A DNA stretch of 62,302 nt, counting the filler, from Rhabdomonas costata (Eukaryota), in the NCBI GenBank assembly GCA_019059605.1. It is 33 parts of 33 records of this genome, joined end to end, with 100 filler letters (N's around TTAATTAATTAA, not from the genome) between each part and the next. Parts side by side here need not be neighbours in the genome. Positions count along the whole stretch, not along the records: positions 51,087 to 52,852 come from JAHMHO010009006.1; positions 52,953 to 54,742 come from JAHMHO010009007.1; positions 54,843 to 56,632 come from JAHMHO010009008.1; positions 56,733 to 58,522 come from JAHMHO010009009.1; positions 58,623 to 60,412 come from JAHMHO010009010.1; positions 60,513 to 62,302 come from JAHMHO010009011.1; 27 more parts are not named here. One strand, 5' to 3'. Under the pieces are notes generated by a model that was not told where the DNA came from, searched no databases, and worked only from the letters and a program-made list of their open reading frames with translations. Below are positions 51,801 through 62,302 of the stretch, piece after piece. Numbering within the stretch: the stretch's first letter is position 1; the number at the start of each line of letters is the position of its first letter. The translations under genes and the position numbers were made by a program.

Positions 51801-54126
51801 TACCGTGGAGAAAATCACCCCGGGAGGGGGACGCGATTGGGAGAGCTTGTAAAAGGCAGCCCTTTGGGGGGAACTTTTTACCCCTTGCGATCACTACCAC
51901 TCCAAACTCAATACTTTGACTTGGCATCCTTGATACCTGGTACCCAGATGAAGCATTGTTGTTAGTCTGCTTTTTCTTGGGTGGTGTGACGGCCGTCAAA
52001 GCAAAGAAAACCTGTCTCTCAATTCCCCCAATGGCGGGACTATGCCCCTAAAATAGTGCTGTCCCGATCGACGCGCGAACTACCAAAAGTTGGACGTCAT
52101 AAACTTCTTAGCAAAGCTGCAGGTTAACGTCCCTCCCCCCGCAATACGTTCGTCACCGTTGCTGTTATCTGCAGGTTTCCTTTGCTGAAGATTTTCCCCT
52201 TTGCTCTCTTGTTCTTACTTGAGCTCGCACTTCAGTGAGGCGATAGCAGATGGAAAATGAGACCATAGAGATACACACCGGGATGGAGTCAGCGTCGACG
52301 ATACGAGCGCTGAGAACCAAATGCACCAAAGATGCCCGAATGCTCGCTGCAGAGCATCTCTCCTGAGGCTCCATTTGAACGTGGGCGCGATACCGCTTCT
52401 TTGCAAGTGGGCAAATGTGAGTGGGTGGGAAAGGGGGGACAAGGGGGATCACAATACCAAACACGCACACAAAAAAGCGGCTACCACAAAGCAAAACGGA
52501 AAAGTGGCAAACCAACCCAAGGGCCTCAGCTAACGCGAACAAAAAACTCGCAAAACAAGCCACTTCATTGGTACACTGCTTCGGTGCAGATGGACACTGC
52601 TTAAGATATCTTTTTGAAAGCAGCACTGGGTACAGTCAGATTCAGACCAACCGAGCAAGTGGGGGTAGGATGGCACGCGCCACGCTGCAGCCTTGAGAAA
52701 CAGAAAGCGACCAAACCATGTTCTGTGTGCGTCTCCGAAGTACAACATGACCAAGGAACGGGGATGGGAAGTTCCCAACAAGGGAACGCGAGGGGTGGAG
52801 GGGATGGGGCTGGCGGGCGTCTTGTAGAAAATAGAAAGGATTAGGGGGTGGGNNNNNNNNNNNNNNNNNNNNNNNNNNNNNNNNNNNNNNNNNNNNTTAA
52901 TTAATTAANNNNNNNNNNNNNNNNNNNNNNNNNNNNNNNNNNNNNNNNNNNNTTGTGGTGGTGCTAGAGTTGCCTAACTGTTTTTGGGCGTTAGCTGAGC
53001 AGGACTTTGGTGGTTGCCGGAGGAGATGTAATTGTGTCACTGTGGGTGTTCGTGTCTGGCTTTGTTCAGTTGTTTCCGTTGGTTCGGTCTTTCCCTTATT
53101 CATGAAAGCCACAGAACTAGTGAGATCCCACCTTCATTGGTCCAGTGGGGTCAGACTTCTTTGGGTGATCGGCCTAGTTGGTGCGCTGCTGCTGATGTAC
53201 ATTCCTTACACTTGTCACAACCTATGAGGGAACTGTGCTGTGGTTCAACAATCCAGACGATCAGCGGCTTTGGGAACTCCAGATTCTGCTAAACATCCCG
53301 CTAAGGTGGAAGCTGCAAGCCTCCAATGTGACTCCAAAGATGAGCTTGGGCGTGGTTGTTCTTGGCGACCGTGTGAGTTTAGAGGTTCGTTCCTTGTGAA
53401 TGGACGCGCACAGGAGAAACCTGTGCTCCATGACAACTATGGGCGCCATTCATTTCACAGTGACTGCAGAGTGGGTATACCTGTGCCTGGTATCTCCACC
53501 TCCGAAAGCTTCTTTTCGTTGCTTAACAGGAAACATTCTGCTGTGTGTCTCATTTCTTGTGAACGAGCGGTGACGGTATGGCGTTTGCTGTACCCTTGCG
53601 ATTGTCCGCTTCTGTTGGATGGGGTCGGGTGGGCGTCTGCTTGCCGCGTGGCCGCCGCTTCAGCTCGAAGATGGGCGCAGAGGTCTGTGCACGGTGCGCA
53701 CGCAGATGGTTCAGTTTCCGCTTTGGGGGAATGGGGGGGAGGTCGATGGCTCCGATTCTGCGGTAGCGGTGGTACAGCTACGCACCATATAAAGAGATTA
53801 ATCATGTGTGGTGCTGAGAGCCGCCCAAAGCCAAAACGGTGTGCTCTCTTCTGCAGCAGAGCGAGTACTGTTCGATGCAATTTCGGAACCGCCGTCTTTT
53901 TGTTTCTCTCACTACACGTGTTTGGTATCGATGAGCAAAACCTCTCAAGCTTTCTGGTTAGGGGAGTGAACAAAAACAGCACTTTACAGCAGCATAAGAA
54001 AGGCAGCCCCTGCGCAAGTAGGGTGCAGATGTGGTTGCCCCAGTGTGGGTCAACCGGTCTGTTTTCATCAATGACTGGCTTGTGACTCGTGTCGGATCTG
54101 CACTCCTTTCCTTCTCTGCACACAAG

Positions 54127-54685
54127 GAAATGATTGACCTCTGCAAGAAGCACAGCTTGTGGCCTTGGTCGGCGCAGAAGGCAGTCAACCCCATTCCCAT
54201 GGAACGGGCCGAGGTGCTGTCTGCTTGTCCTTCCTTTTTCCTGTGGCGCCTGACATCTCGCCTTGTTCTCCGGACTCCTGCGAATTGATGCTTTCATGAG
54301 GAGCAAAATACTGCTGTTCTATTGCGGTCAGTTATGTGAGAGACCTCGCAGGAGACCAATAATTGCTCCTATTTTTCTCCTATTTCTCCTATTTTTGACG
54401 CCACCTTTTGAGCTTGCTCGCACTCTGTTTTTGGTTTTTGCTGCTTTTTGCAACCTGTGTCTTCTTTCGTGTTGTGTTCAGTGGTACCTTAACTGTTTGC
54501 ACCATTCCTGACAAATCCTGCATCTGTGAGTGTGATTTTATGTGCGCAGGGGGTGTACTTTTGGGACGCGTATGGCAAGCGTTACCTGGACATGAACTCG
54601 CAGCTGATGTGCTGCAATATTGGTCATGGCCATCCCAAGGTGATTGCCGCGATCAAGGCGCAGGCGGACACCCTCACCTACGCCG
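54127..54685 (+). CDS. Class-III PLP aminotransferase N-terminus, bacterial-like (2 exons, partial)
   Basis: Exons 54127-54213 (EMIDLCKKHSLWPWSAQKAVNPIPMERAE) and 54550-54685 (GVYFWDAYGKRYLDMNSQLMCCNIGHGHPKVIAAIKAQADTLTYA). Confidence 0.88.
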
Positions 54686-54852
54686 GTATGCAGAGGAGTA
54701 AGCCGTTGGGTGTTTTGCCATAAAATAACATGCATCCACAAANNNNNNNNNNNNNNNNNNNNNNNNNNNNNNNNNNNNNNNNNNNNTTAATTAATTAANN
54801 NNNNNNNNNNNNNNNNNNNNNNNNNNNNNNNNNNNNNNNNNNTTGTGTGGGT

Positions 54853-54964
54853 GGGACTTTGAATCCAATGGGGTTCAACCAAAATTGACAGAATCACTGC
54901 GCAACTCTTGAGATGCGCAGTGATTCTGTCAATTTTGGTTGAACCCCATTGGATTCAAAGTCCC
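54853..54964. repeat. 51-bp perfect hairpin at contig start (probable fold-back artefact)
   Basis: 54853-54903 is the reverse complement of 54914-54964. Confidence 0.9.
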
Positions 54965-55323
54965 GCGCACACAACTGCCGCACAGGTACAATGAGGAGAG
55001 GAGATCAGGATAACACTAAGCTCCTATTTAACAGGCGTGTCAGCGTATGATACGGTGCATACTGACACTCCTATATGACCAATATGTCAGGCTACTTGAA
55101 GCGCATCGGGATTTGCAGAGGCCACGGGACTACATATACCGAGGAAAGGGCCACCTGCCCCTAAATAAGCATCTCACATTCCTCTCAACCTTTGGACAGG
55201 CCTTGTTTTGGAAGTGAAATGGGCTTCGGCACTTCCATTATGATATCATCCTTTTCTGAACAACCGAAAACTTGCCTTCTGCACCGACCGCGTTCGCGAC
55301 GAATACACGTAACGAATACACAC

Positions 55324-56166
55324 CCACAGGCATGCACACGGGGGAGCTCCAGCTGCCGTTGGTGCAGAGAAAACTCGATGACGGCAAGTAACCTGCGCAT
55401 GGACAGAAACCAACGCTGAAACGAAAGCCACGTAGATGCCGGGGAAAGCTAGAGGTCACACACGAGCTCTTTCGCTATGTTTGTATTCAGGAAAATGAAA
55501 GAGCTGCTTTGACTGATCAGAAGATCGGAGAAAAGTAGATGCGAATGCGAAAAAAAAAGTGCAGGCAGAAGCTGAAAAACAAAGCCCCGCCCAAAATCTC
55601 AACTGCACCTTCGGCTAACCGGAAAGAGGCAGCATGGAAGCTGGGCACCGCGTGGGCGTATGGTGAGATGAAACAAGAAAAAGAAAGCCAACTCCAAGCC
55701 ACGGCACGTCGGCACACCGGAGTTGCAGGTCGCTGCGCAGGCCCTACCTGAGGGCATTGGCACGGAGCACGCAGTGGCCCTCAGAGGGTCCAATGCCGCT
55801 GGCATTGTCGTGCATGGGTTGGAGGTAGAGTTCCTGGAATTCACTGGAGGATTGAAGAGGAAACAGAGGGCAACCGAAAATGTGCGATGATAGGGAATGG
55901 CATACAGCATGTGATGCAGCCCGTGTGACCGAGTCAACTAGGCGATACTACGCGAAGCAATGCTAAGGCAAGAGCAATTTACTCCTCTCCGAACAAAGGC
56001 GATCCCCAAGACACGAGAACATAGCCCCCACCCGACGTCGCCCTTTAGCCTGAGCAGGCACCAGAGCAGCAGTCGCCCAAGGCGCAGGTGGTGGAAGAGC
56101 AGATCGTGGACGTGGATTTGGCGGTGTAGCCCTCGGGGCAGCCGTATGTGCTGCAGGTCGGGTTCG
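55324..56166 (-). CDS. Cys-rich extracellular protein with sushi/CCP-like module (3 exons, partial)
   Basis: Phase-1 exons 56166-56062 (NPTCSTYGCPEGYTAKS..ICSSTTCALGDCC), 55843-55718 (NPCTTMP..ACS..SGRACAATCNS) and 55392-about 55324 (GYLPSSSFLCTNGSWSSPVC). Confidence 0.7.
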
Positions 56167-57626
56167 CTGGTAAAACGAAAATCGGAAAACGAAAGTCGCA
56201 GGACGACCTTATACAGCATCTCAGTTGAAGGCCTAGAAGCTGGTAGTGGACTACAGCTTTTCAGATACACAGCCATCTGGGCACGGCCATCGTACCCCAG
56301 CCCTGAACAGTCCGTACCCTTCTTACGCCGCTGACATGAATCCGTTACCATGGGCATGGCTATATATTTGGTTGAAGTTCTCTCGGGCTCAAATGAGAAA
56401 CCACGCTACGAAGAAGCCAAAGATGACAAATGTTAGAACCGACCCAGGGGGTTTCTTTTTCACCTGTCCTCTGCCAGAACAACAACTCACCCACTCTTCC
56501 TCGCAAAAGGTCCGAGGCACAAATACGACTCCCCTGGTCGTCTTTTCCCCAATTCTTTCATAGTAAAGCAGGAAAAATTACGAGAATCAGAGATCGAAAT
56601 TAGGTTCTAGTTCGGCGATGGCACCCCCCCACNNNNNNNNNNNNNNNNNNNNNNNNNNNNNNNNNNNNNNNNNNNNTTAATTAATTAANNNNNNNNNNNN
56701 NNNNNNNNNNNNNNNNNNNNNNNNNNNNNNNNGTGGTGGGTGTGGTTGGGTGTGGGGGTCAAAAAGGAAATCCCGGCACCAGCAGCAGGGATGCCACAGT
56801 GAAAAAGGAGAGAAGGGAGGGGGGGGGCAGAGAGCACAGGCTCCGAAGAGCCAGAAAAGCACGGGACTAACGCCTAGCAGACATTTTGGGCTTGTCAGGG
56901 ACGCCCGGCAAGCCTGAGGCCAAAAGCGAGCGGGAGTAGCGAAAAAAAGGAAAGCAGGCAAAGCACGACACTGCGAACCACCGGAAAATCCGCGGCAAGA
57001 ATAGGAACAATGGATCTCCAATGGAACGGGCACAACAAAAAGAGGAAAATATATGGAGCAAAACTGCGCTGGAGACTTAAATATGATTGGAGGTAGGATT
57101 TCAAACTACCGGACTTTCGGTCCACAAAAAAAGCGTCACTTTCAACCACTGGCAAAGTAATTCAAACGTGTGGTAACTCCCATGGTTGCAGAGCAGCCAT
57201 ATGCAACCGGGACACGTGCCTCGAGATATCGCCCATTTGCACTCCGTTTCAGTTGGGATTTGGATTTGGATAGTTGGTTCATAAAGGGGTGCACAGGCAT
57301 CCACCACTGGTCACTTTCAGGGTTGTTTCAGTAGCGTAGCGGTGGTAGCAACCTTGCCTAACACTGAAGCAGTTCGAGCCAACACCAACTTTCTACATCC
57401 TCTAATCGTCACAGGGAAACGCCAGGTTCCGCAGGTTCCGAGAACGCAGTCATGCAACACAGAGGGTATCTCCCCCGGCTGACTCACTCTACCCAGTGTC
57501 CACCTTCCAAAGGGGTGGAACTGAAGGCACAGGGACCGGCAGTGTGGGTTGATGCGTCGACCCAGGCGAGTCAAAGCAGCCAGACAGACGTTGCACAGCA
57601 GAGAGATCCAGGAGAGCGAAGCCGGG

Positions 57627-58348
57627 CTAGTTCTCTTTCCACTGCTCTCCACACAGCACGCACTTGTAGAACTCCGTCATGGGCTCGTCCGCAGAACGGG
57701 TCTGCATCTGTTGAGAGAATTCGAGAGGAGGAGGTGTGTGTGTGTGGACAGAAATGACAACAAGAGGAGAGGAATCCTTACAGGAAACCGAGAGCAGAGA
57801 AGAAGCAAACACTGTTATGAATTCACACCATCCACACCTGCCTAAAGTAGGCCTCCGTGCTGGTGCAGTCGCGGCGAGGACAGCTGGCTGAAATGCAAAG
57901 AAAAGAACACAGCCAAGGGAAGCTTATGGGTGGGCCACCGGTGGTATGTCCATGAAGCGGTAAGACAGCAGAACAAAGGCCAGACCTTTGGTCCGGTCGG
58001 CATCCTTCCAGGAGTCTTCTCCACCCATCACATCGTCCACCTGTGCGTAAAGTGACGTGAACCCCCACACTCGACAAATTGATATGATGTGCATCAAGGA
58101 TGGAACCAAGGGATGGGACTGTTGAGGAGGCCCGAGCAACCAACAAAGATAATGGCCAACCCCAATTGCATCACGACTCCCCTTTTGCGCCAAGAAAGGC
58201 GCGCCCGAGTGTCGCCCCGTTCAGAACGTCAGCACATACAACAGCATTCAACAAATCTGAGAAAGAACCCCCCCCCGAACACCTTTTTTCGTTTCAGCAC
58301 CATGCGCTCAGAAACGGTCTCCTTGACCGGGCAAACATAGGGACACGT
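57627..58348 (-). CDS. POLR3K: RNA polymerase III subunit C11 (4 exons, 5' partial, includes stop)
   Basis: Exons 58348-58283 (TCPYVC..LKRKK), 58040-57986 (VDDVMGGEDSW), 57887-57838 (CPRRDC..AYFRQ) and 57707-57627 (MQTRSADEPMTEFYKCVLCGEQWKEN*). Confidence 0.93.
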
Positions 58349-59266
58349 CTGAAGCAAAGCGGCGGCAGGAAGCACAGGAATTGCAGTTTGCACTGCTCAG
58401 GTGCGAAGTGGCAAAGTATTGCTTAAGAAGATAGGACCACGAACCTTTCTGGATGGAACCAACAACACACCTCTTTTCCACCCCCCCACCCACTCCCACT
58501 CCCACTCCCACTCCCAACCACCNNNNNNNNNNNNNNNNNNNNNNNNNNNNNNNNNNNNNNNNNNNNTTAATTAATTAANNNNNNNNNNNNNNNNNNNNNN
58601 NNNNNNNNNNNNNNNNNNNNNNGTGTTGGGGTGTTTGGTTTTGGTTAAAGGATGCAGAGGAAAGCTGAGAGATGGGTTTTTCTGTCAGTGTATGTAGGTA
58701 TCTGTGTGTACCTGACTGCTGCGTGGCACTTTTTTTTTTGCGGGTGACATGTACTTGCTCCTGTCCTTGTGCATGGTTGAGTGCTGCTCCCGAAACTCGT
58801 TTTGGGCGCGTCCCTGGAAACCACAATCGGGCATAAGCGGCTGGATGGGCAGTCTGTCAATTGTAGCTTATACTCCACACCTTCACTGCTGTTGGCGACC
58901 GGTCCTTCTGACCTTATCGCTCAAAAATATCGGTCTTTAACTGCCCCCCCCCCCGCACTTAATTGCGGCTAAAGTTGCGAAAGCCACCTGAGCGCAGTGA
59001 CTGGGGGATGAGGTTCATCGGGTGGGTCGCATTGTTCTGGTTCGGAAGCTGCCTAAATCGGTCCGAGGGAGACTCAGTCGGCAAGAGGTAATGGCGCTGT
59101 TGAATTAAAAGGTGTGTCTATCCCGACTTGCCTCCCATCATTTGCGCAGCGGTAATCTCCGCCCCAGAGCCGAGGGGGTATTTTTTGATTATCACTCGCT
59201 TCATGGATCGATTGCCTGCTAGCGTCAGGCTCCCTTTCTTTCACTAATTTCTGGGCAAAACGAAAT

Positions 59267-60412
59267 ATGACCCCGCTGTTTGTCTCTTTATCGGCGCTAC
59301 TGCTCTGCGCGGCGGTAGTGTGGTGGTGCAACGAATCTGTGGGCACCACCCCTGTCCCTGTTGTGGTGCCCGCCCATTTGCCACCAACCTCGCTCCCACC
59401 TTTGACAGCTGCTCTGCAGGGTAGCCTCAACCTCCCAAGACCTATTTCGCCCTCAGGCCACCCCTCACCTGTGGAACTGAAGCTGACAAAAGAGGTGAGC
59501 CCTCCGAGTGCAGCTCCGCTGCGGGCTGGAGCAGCGGTGGGAGTTCTCCTGCCCTGCGAGGACTGTGCGCGGTTGCAGGCGATGATTTCTGCCCGGCAGA
59601 ACCCCCAGGATTGCCGCACGGCAAGACTGTTGGTCTGGCCCCCTCGGTGTGGCCCTTCCGCTTTGTGCCCTGCGGGAATGAGGGAACGGAGGATAGAGGG
59701 AAAGAGAGGATGTAAACGCGAATTTGGCAATCAAGCGGGGCTTTGTATTCGCAAGGAATACGAGTATAGCGTGTGGGTATCTTGAGTGATGCTGGGTGAA
59801 GGGCAACACGTGTATTTGCCCGCAGGCATGTCCTTTTTCCCCTGTTTGTCACATGACGCGCGGAAACCCACCCCGTAAAGCTTTTTCCGTGCTTAAGATT
59901 CTTCTTTCTCCTCATCTCTTTCTCTTCATCCTCGTTCTCTTCATCTCCCCCAGCTTTCGGACCTTTTTTGTCTCTCCGCTTCTGGTTCCAGGTCGACCCT
60001 TCCGCCCGGTGTTGGCTTGTGATTTGCAGCGAGTGTGACTGTCTTTGTTCGCTGAACTATTGCGGTTTTGCATCCCGTTTGTGCAGGCATACCCTTTGAG
60101 GACATGTGCTTTCCGTGCCCACAGGATGATTCCTTCCTCTTGCGCCGGTCCTTTCTGAGCTATCTGCTATTTCTGAGGTTACCTTGACTTGGAAGTTTTT
60201 CTCAGTCGCTGCATCGTGATGAATGATGTTATTTGGCCGGCTTGTTTGGCTGGTTTAAGGGGTCGCGCCCTGGGTTTGCTCAGGTTTGGGTTCATGGGGA
60301 TGGCTGCCACTCTGATGCACATCACGGAGGCCTTGATGTGCGCGGTATGGGCGAACCACACCCTGGTCATCCCCCCGAACTGGCTGCAGGAGTATGTCAA
60401 CCCCACCACCCC
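59267..60412 (+). CDS. Type-II membrane glycosyltransferase, FUT8/GT23-like (partial)
   Basis: N-terminal hydrophobic anchor and Pro-rich stem, then LQAMISARQNPQDCRTARLL (exon to 59646) spliced to FGFMGMAATLMHI..ALMCAVWANHTLVI..W (from 60284). This parallels FUT8 QNP.DCS.A..L...CG.GC.LHH......RTL. Confidence 0.65.
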
Positions 60413-62302
60413 NNNNNNNNNNNNNNNNNNNNNNNNNNNNNNNNNNNNNNNNNNNNTTAATTAATTAANNNNNNNNNNNNNNNNNNNNNNNNNNNNNNNN
60501 NNNNNNNNNNNNGTTTTGGTTCAGGAGTCGGCATTTGCGGTTCAGCCCTGCAATTGCATGCAGTATGACGGCAATGCCCATTTATGTGGTGTAACGCAAA
60601 TTCCAGCTACGAGGTAGCCGTATTTAGTAGACAGTGTCTCGGTTTAGGCTAAGGATTCGGGTTCGGTTTCGCTTCTCTTGGTTCGGTCTTTGGTCTCGGA
60701 TTTGGGTTATCGATCAATGCGTGGGTTTGTAGTGGTGCTTTGGTTCGTTAGTTGTCAAGGGTGGAGCGTGTATACAGTTAAGACACTCACTGGTCCAGTA
60801 GAGTAGGTTGCAAGCCACCACGCTGATGTGATTGCAAGGATCTCTCGTGCGGAAGGTTTTCCGGTCAGCTTGGTGCAGCGTTGGTGTCATGGCGTCACTT
60901 CAACGTTATGGTACAGCGTCATACCATGGCGAGGCAGCTGGTTTGGATGGAGTGAGTTCGTTGGTTGGGCTCAGGTTGGTTGTTGGCACCACGTGTAGAA
61001 GGTGGGTTAGTCCAACATCAGCTAGTGTGCTGTCAGCGCTTAGTGCCATGCCTACGACAGTGGTGTCTGCATCTAAGCTGTCTGCCTTCCATGTCGTACA
61101 CATCTAGTAGAATGTCCGGTATAGTGTGGTGTGGGTAAGAACATGTGGTCATCGTGAGGTGGTCCAACGTTGTGGCATGGTTACCCAGTTAGCAGACAGT
61201 CACGTGGTGGCTATGTGTATAGTTGTCGTTATGAGAGGTTCCTCAATGCTTGGACTCACAGACCGAACATCTTTTGGACACCCTCCGCTACCGGACCTTA
61301 CGCATATCACACATGTAGCACCCTATCCCTAGGCATAGAGGTAGTACATATGGTGTGTACGTCATCAACGTAAGGTGTGTTACCCTATTATTACCCCATG
61401 TGCTACACCTTGGTGTTGGTGTTGGTAGCGTTGGTGGTCGTGGTACTATTTATGGTATCACCTTAACAGGTGTGTGAGTCCATGAGCTGTACATCTACTC
61501 TAAACATCACCTCATCAGCATCCTGGTATAGCATCACGTCCCCACACAATTCCTAGGTCACTCCTACACGCTTCCAACCTAGGTGTGTCTTACCTTAGTA
61601 GTAGAACGTTGGTGTGTGGATGGATATGTCGTGATGTGGGTGTCGTGACAAGAAGTGGTTGTGGTGGAGAGAGTGCACATGTTGGCATTCGTGGATCAGC
61701 GATGTTAGCCTTCCTGTGTGTTCACACTCTAACCTATTTCAAATTCTTCATGCTTAGTGTGCTCTATGCTATGGTGTCACGTGGTGGTGTGAATGCCTCT
61801 TGGGTCGATGTGCCGTAGTGGAAGTCGCTGATAGACATGAAAGTTACGTTGCGTCAGCGTCACTCCTTCCACCATACGTGATGTCATGGTGTAGCGTCAA
61901 CACGATGCCTCGATGTCAACATCAATATTGTGATGCGTCTCATGCTCCATTGTAGTGGCAGTGGAGCCCAGCATGCAACGTGAGATGGTGAATGCTACCG
62001 ACACTAACCCTACAATGTGAGCAAGTGGTACCGCATGTTGGCACTACACCCACTGCATTAACCCACTCTAAAGATGGATGGCAGGATGATTTGTGGTAAC
62101 GTAAGTCCAACCTCTGCAGTAATGTGACACCTGGATGTTACCGGTACTCTGAGGCCTGGTGATGCAAGGATGACCACAGTACGATGATGACCACCGACCC
62201 ACCGTACGAGAGAACTTGAGAAGCGTGACTATGGGTTGGGATGAAGTGCTGACGCCAATGTAACAAGATCCGTTCCTGAGGCCCAGATGTCACCCCCACA
62301 CC

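Noticed and set aside
52953-54306. Overlapping 281- and 283-aa ORFs as genes
   Set aside because: No recognisable motifs and Cys/Arg/Ser-rich random composition. Like most ORFs in the track they are chance open frames across introns.
60151-60180. Euglenid spliced-leader sequence (CTTTCTGAG...)
   Set aside because: Only a 9-nt match, with no TGTCTATTTTTTTTCG continuation or SL intron.

Overview
This window is not a contiguous locus. It is a pseudo-scaffold of 33 unrelated contigs of about 1.77-1.80 kb, joined by 32 identical 100-nt linkers (N44-TTAATTAATTAA-N44), so gene order across linkers means nothing. The DNA is from an intron-rich eukaryote, with short GC-rich exons and spliceosomal GT-AG introns that have very relaxed donor sites. 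A euglenid or other Euglenozoa-like protist is my inference, based on an intron-containing bacterial-type aconitase B, a dCache receptor and GTGTG/GTGC-type donors. By splicing exons manually I reconstructed fragments of: Fab1/PIKfyve, a second PIP kinase, NOL6/Utp22, a CNBD-family K+ channel, a TRPV-like ankyrin channel, TRAPPC10, a dCache receptor, AcnB, a chitin-synthase-like GT2, a CAMKK-like kinase, an ankyrin protein, a class-III aminotransferase, a sushi-like Cys-rich protein, RPC11 and a FUT8/GT23-like protein. Four items stand out. (1) A Penelope-like retroelement ORF has its GIY-YIG endonuclease N-terminal (Naiad/Chlamys-type order). (2) An R-S-E (ExE) ADP-ribosyltransferase is spliced to duplicated coiled-coil exons of whole-heptad length. 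(3) A chitin-synthase homolog has EDR changed to EEQ and QRRRW changed to QRKQW. (4) A short repeat family occurs on three unrelated contigs, in the same orientation relative to the inferred host genes. Seven contig ends carry fold-back inverted repeats that are probably library or assembly artefacts. All product calls come from motif recognition by eye; no searches were run.
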